Positions 60,712-64,000 of a stretch of DNA of 64,000 nucleotides are shown in pieces. Position 1 is the first letter of the stretch. Each line of letters opens with the position of its first letter. The DNA comes from Eledone cirrhosa. Lineage: Eukaryota. Below the pieces are notes generated by a model, which searched no databases, was not told where the DNA came from, and was given only the letters and a program-made list of their open reading frames with translations. Both the position numbers and the translations under genes were made by a program. The DNA lies in NCBI GenBank assembly GCA_964016885.1, contig OZ024747.1, forward strand, positions 35,774,001-35,838,000, written 5' to 3'.

Positions 60712-61821
60712 GATAAATCTACCAAGAGTTTACGGTAGTGTCCAATCCGTATGAAGAACTCAATGTATTCCGGATATCATGGAAAGAAGAGATGTAATGA
60801 AAATCCAATTTCGGTGAAAGATAAACGGTATACAGAGTCAAGATAAAATATTAAACAAATAATGAACAAACAATTCCTTATATTAAACAAAAAAAGTTCA
60901 CTATTTAACGATCGTTTCTAGGGTATATATGTGTTATAATTGGTATGCATATTTAACAGATCTATGTACAAAATTATACAAAATTATACAAATTATCAAG
61001 ATTAAATATACATACCTAACTCATATATACGCCGTCTTCAGAAATAATGAAGTATATTTATTGATAATAACAACAATTCAAAATATCAGTTCAAAATTGA
61101 CCAATGAAAACACAAAGGGTTAAAAAGCAGTTTGGTGTGTGTATATACATGTAAAAACCTTACACATATTTTACAATAATGTGTGTATAATTTGTATGTG
61201 CATACTAAAAAGATGGATGCAAATACAAAATTTCAAGGTTAATATCTCTGTAAGCTTAATGCGCTGATAAGATACGCAATGATACTTATGGAGTCAAGCA
61301 TATAAATATATTTTTTTCATACTCACACATATCAGTATAATCACACATACATGTGCGTATATGTATAAATATACACATAACCACGAACATACAAACACAC
61401 ACACTCCCCCACTCACATTTATATATGTGGATATAAAATCATAAGCAAATAGAAATTAAGTCACTCACATAAAAACACTGGTACACACATTTCAAGATCA
61501 AGATACAGAAATTAGGTGGGAGGGGGGGGGGAGGGGTCAGTATTAGATTGTCAGACCAGACAGCCTAATATAAATGTATCTATAAATTAAGAAAAATAAA
61601 AAAATAAAAACAATAAAATATAATACATATAATATAATGTACATACGCATACAGATATACATACACATACATACATGTACGCGCACATAGAGATATCTAC
61701 ACATACATACATACACACATACCTATACTGTCATACACACACATACATTTACACGAACATACACATACACATATAAAAAGATATAAATACACACACACAC
61801 ACGCGCAACACATACACACAT

Positions 61822-61862
<41 letters not shown>

Positions 61863-61970
61863 TATACACACACACATAGACTCATATATATATACATACA
61901 TATACATACACATATACAAACATATATATCCCCACACTCATACCACCATAAAAACACATACAAACACCCA

Positions 61971-62009
<39 letters not shown>

Positions 62010-62218
62010 ACATACACACACGTACACATATATGTATATATACATACACATATACACACATACACATATATATATACACACACACATAAAATACAGACAT
62101 GCACATATATATATATATATATATATTTCATTACTCTTATATATACACATAGTATATATACATACACAACCTCACTTATACACATATACACATAAGTTAT
62201 ATTACAATAATAATAAAG

Positions 62219-62271
<53 letters not shown>

Positions 62272-62392
62272 TATACATACATATATATACATACACATAC
62301 ATACATACACATACATACATACACCTAAATATATACATATATAAATACACACATACGAATAAAGACATATATTCACACATAGACACCTATAT

Positions 62393-62426
<34 letters not shown>

Positions 62427-64000
62427 CTATATACACACACATACACATACATACACATATATATATATATACACATACATACACACACACACAACCAGAC
62501 ACACATACACACTCACATATATATATATATATATATATATATGTGTATGTGAGTGTGCGCAAATACATATATATATACACACACACATACAAACACACAC
62601 AAACACATACATATGCATACGTGCACACACACACACATATATCACATAGATACGAAGATAAACATATAAATAGAGAGACATACAAATATATACAGAACCC
62701 ATATACACATACATACAAACACGCATATACATATATATACATATATACACATATATATATTCCTATATACAAGCATACACATACACACACGTATATACAT
62801 ATACATAGACATATACATACCACACATTCACATACACATACATATATAATACATATATATACATATATATACATACATATGTATGTACAATCATATATAC
62901 ACACTCAATCTTACATTCATATTTACATGCTCATATATGTATTTTTATATTTAGAAATAAATACCAAAACCTATATAGACACGCATCTACACATATATTC
63001 ATACATATACGCTTACAAAAACAGATGATAATAGTATGGGGGAAAGGGGGGGTTTGGAGAAGGGGATCAAAGTAAATATATGTTTCAAGAAACATATAAT
63101 ATTTTCCATATCTTAATTCAATGTATGTTCTTACATATTTTCAGTGCTAGGAAATACGAAATCTATGCATCACAAAATAAAAAAGTATACCATTAATCAT
63201 ATGTTAACTAAACCAAAGATAGTCAACATATTGATTTCCAAGGTGTAAATTAGTTAGGTTTATAATATTTGAAGCAGAATTATGAAGTCAAACAGTAGTA
63301 GATTATTAATTACATTATAACTAAATTAAAGTTAATAATGTTATGGTATCAATATTAGGAGATGAATTTAGTAATAGGGAAAAGAAAACCCAAATAAAAA
63401 TAAAATAAAGTATTACATCGGTAGTAGCATATAAATTATATGTTAACTAAATTAAAAATTATATATTTATTTCAATAGTATACGTTAATTAGTATATGTT
63501 AATTAGGTATACAATACATAAAGCAGATATTGTATTTCATCAATAGCATAATATAATTATATGCAAATAAAAATCAAAATTAATACGCATACATATACAT
63601 ATACATACACATACACATATATATACATATACATACACATATATATATATATATATACATATATATACACATACATACATATATAGTCACATAAATATAT
63701 ACAGAAACACATACAACACACACATATACATATACATATAGATATACATATCTTTTTCAAAAAATTGCACAGAATATATTAATTAGGTATATATCCAAAA
63801 CACCTCCCATTCTATGATTACATAACATTCTGCAATTCGTCTGTACAAGGATACTAATTTTAAGCAAATTAAAATTAAAGTTTTAGGTTGATTAAAACTA
63901 AAACCAAATAATAAATATATTTCCAAAATGTATATTAATTAGGTCTATAATACTAAAAATTCTTTCTCCGTCATAAAAATTCTTTCTCCTACAGTTTGAT
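60708..64000 (-). mobile_element. 3' region and pLTR of a related Penelope-like element (P3), tail-to-tail with P1; its ORF should lie beyond the window
   Basis: Reverse-complement homology to 57640..60672 with clear divergence; the two pLTR ends meet at (TA)n 60673..60707. Confidence 0.9.

Overview
Animal (metazoan) genomic DNA made almost entirely of transposable elements and microsatellites, with no recognisable host gene. The Dong/R4, Tx1, RTE, Penelope and Nin-domain SINE mix with heavy (TA)n content suggests an octopod cephalopod, but that is inference only. The window has two zones. In 1-38.8 kb, four Tx1-type (L1-clade, APE-RT) LINEs, all on +, alternate with six R4/Dong-type (RT-RLE) LINE copies or fragments, all on -. 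Most junctions are (TTA)n tracts of a single polarity, and RTE and hAT debris fill the middle. In 38.8-64 kb, a (TA)n-rich zone holds one intact Penelope-like (RT + GIY-YIG) element, a decayed one, the 3' end of a third, and many short fold-back elements carrying hammerhead-ribozyme motifs. Leading candidates for something new: the two-LINE antiparallel array on one microsatellite; a conserved splice donor at the end of Tx1 ORF1 that would fuse ORF1 to ORF2 in frame; Dong elements whose 5' leader looks Tx1-derived; a SINE whose 3' end matches the Tx1 3' end; and a diverse set of hammerheads. All alignments and folds were done by eye, so most boundaries are approximate.
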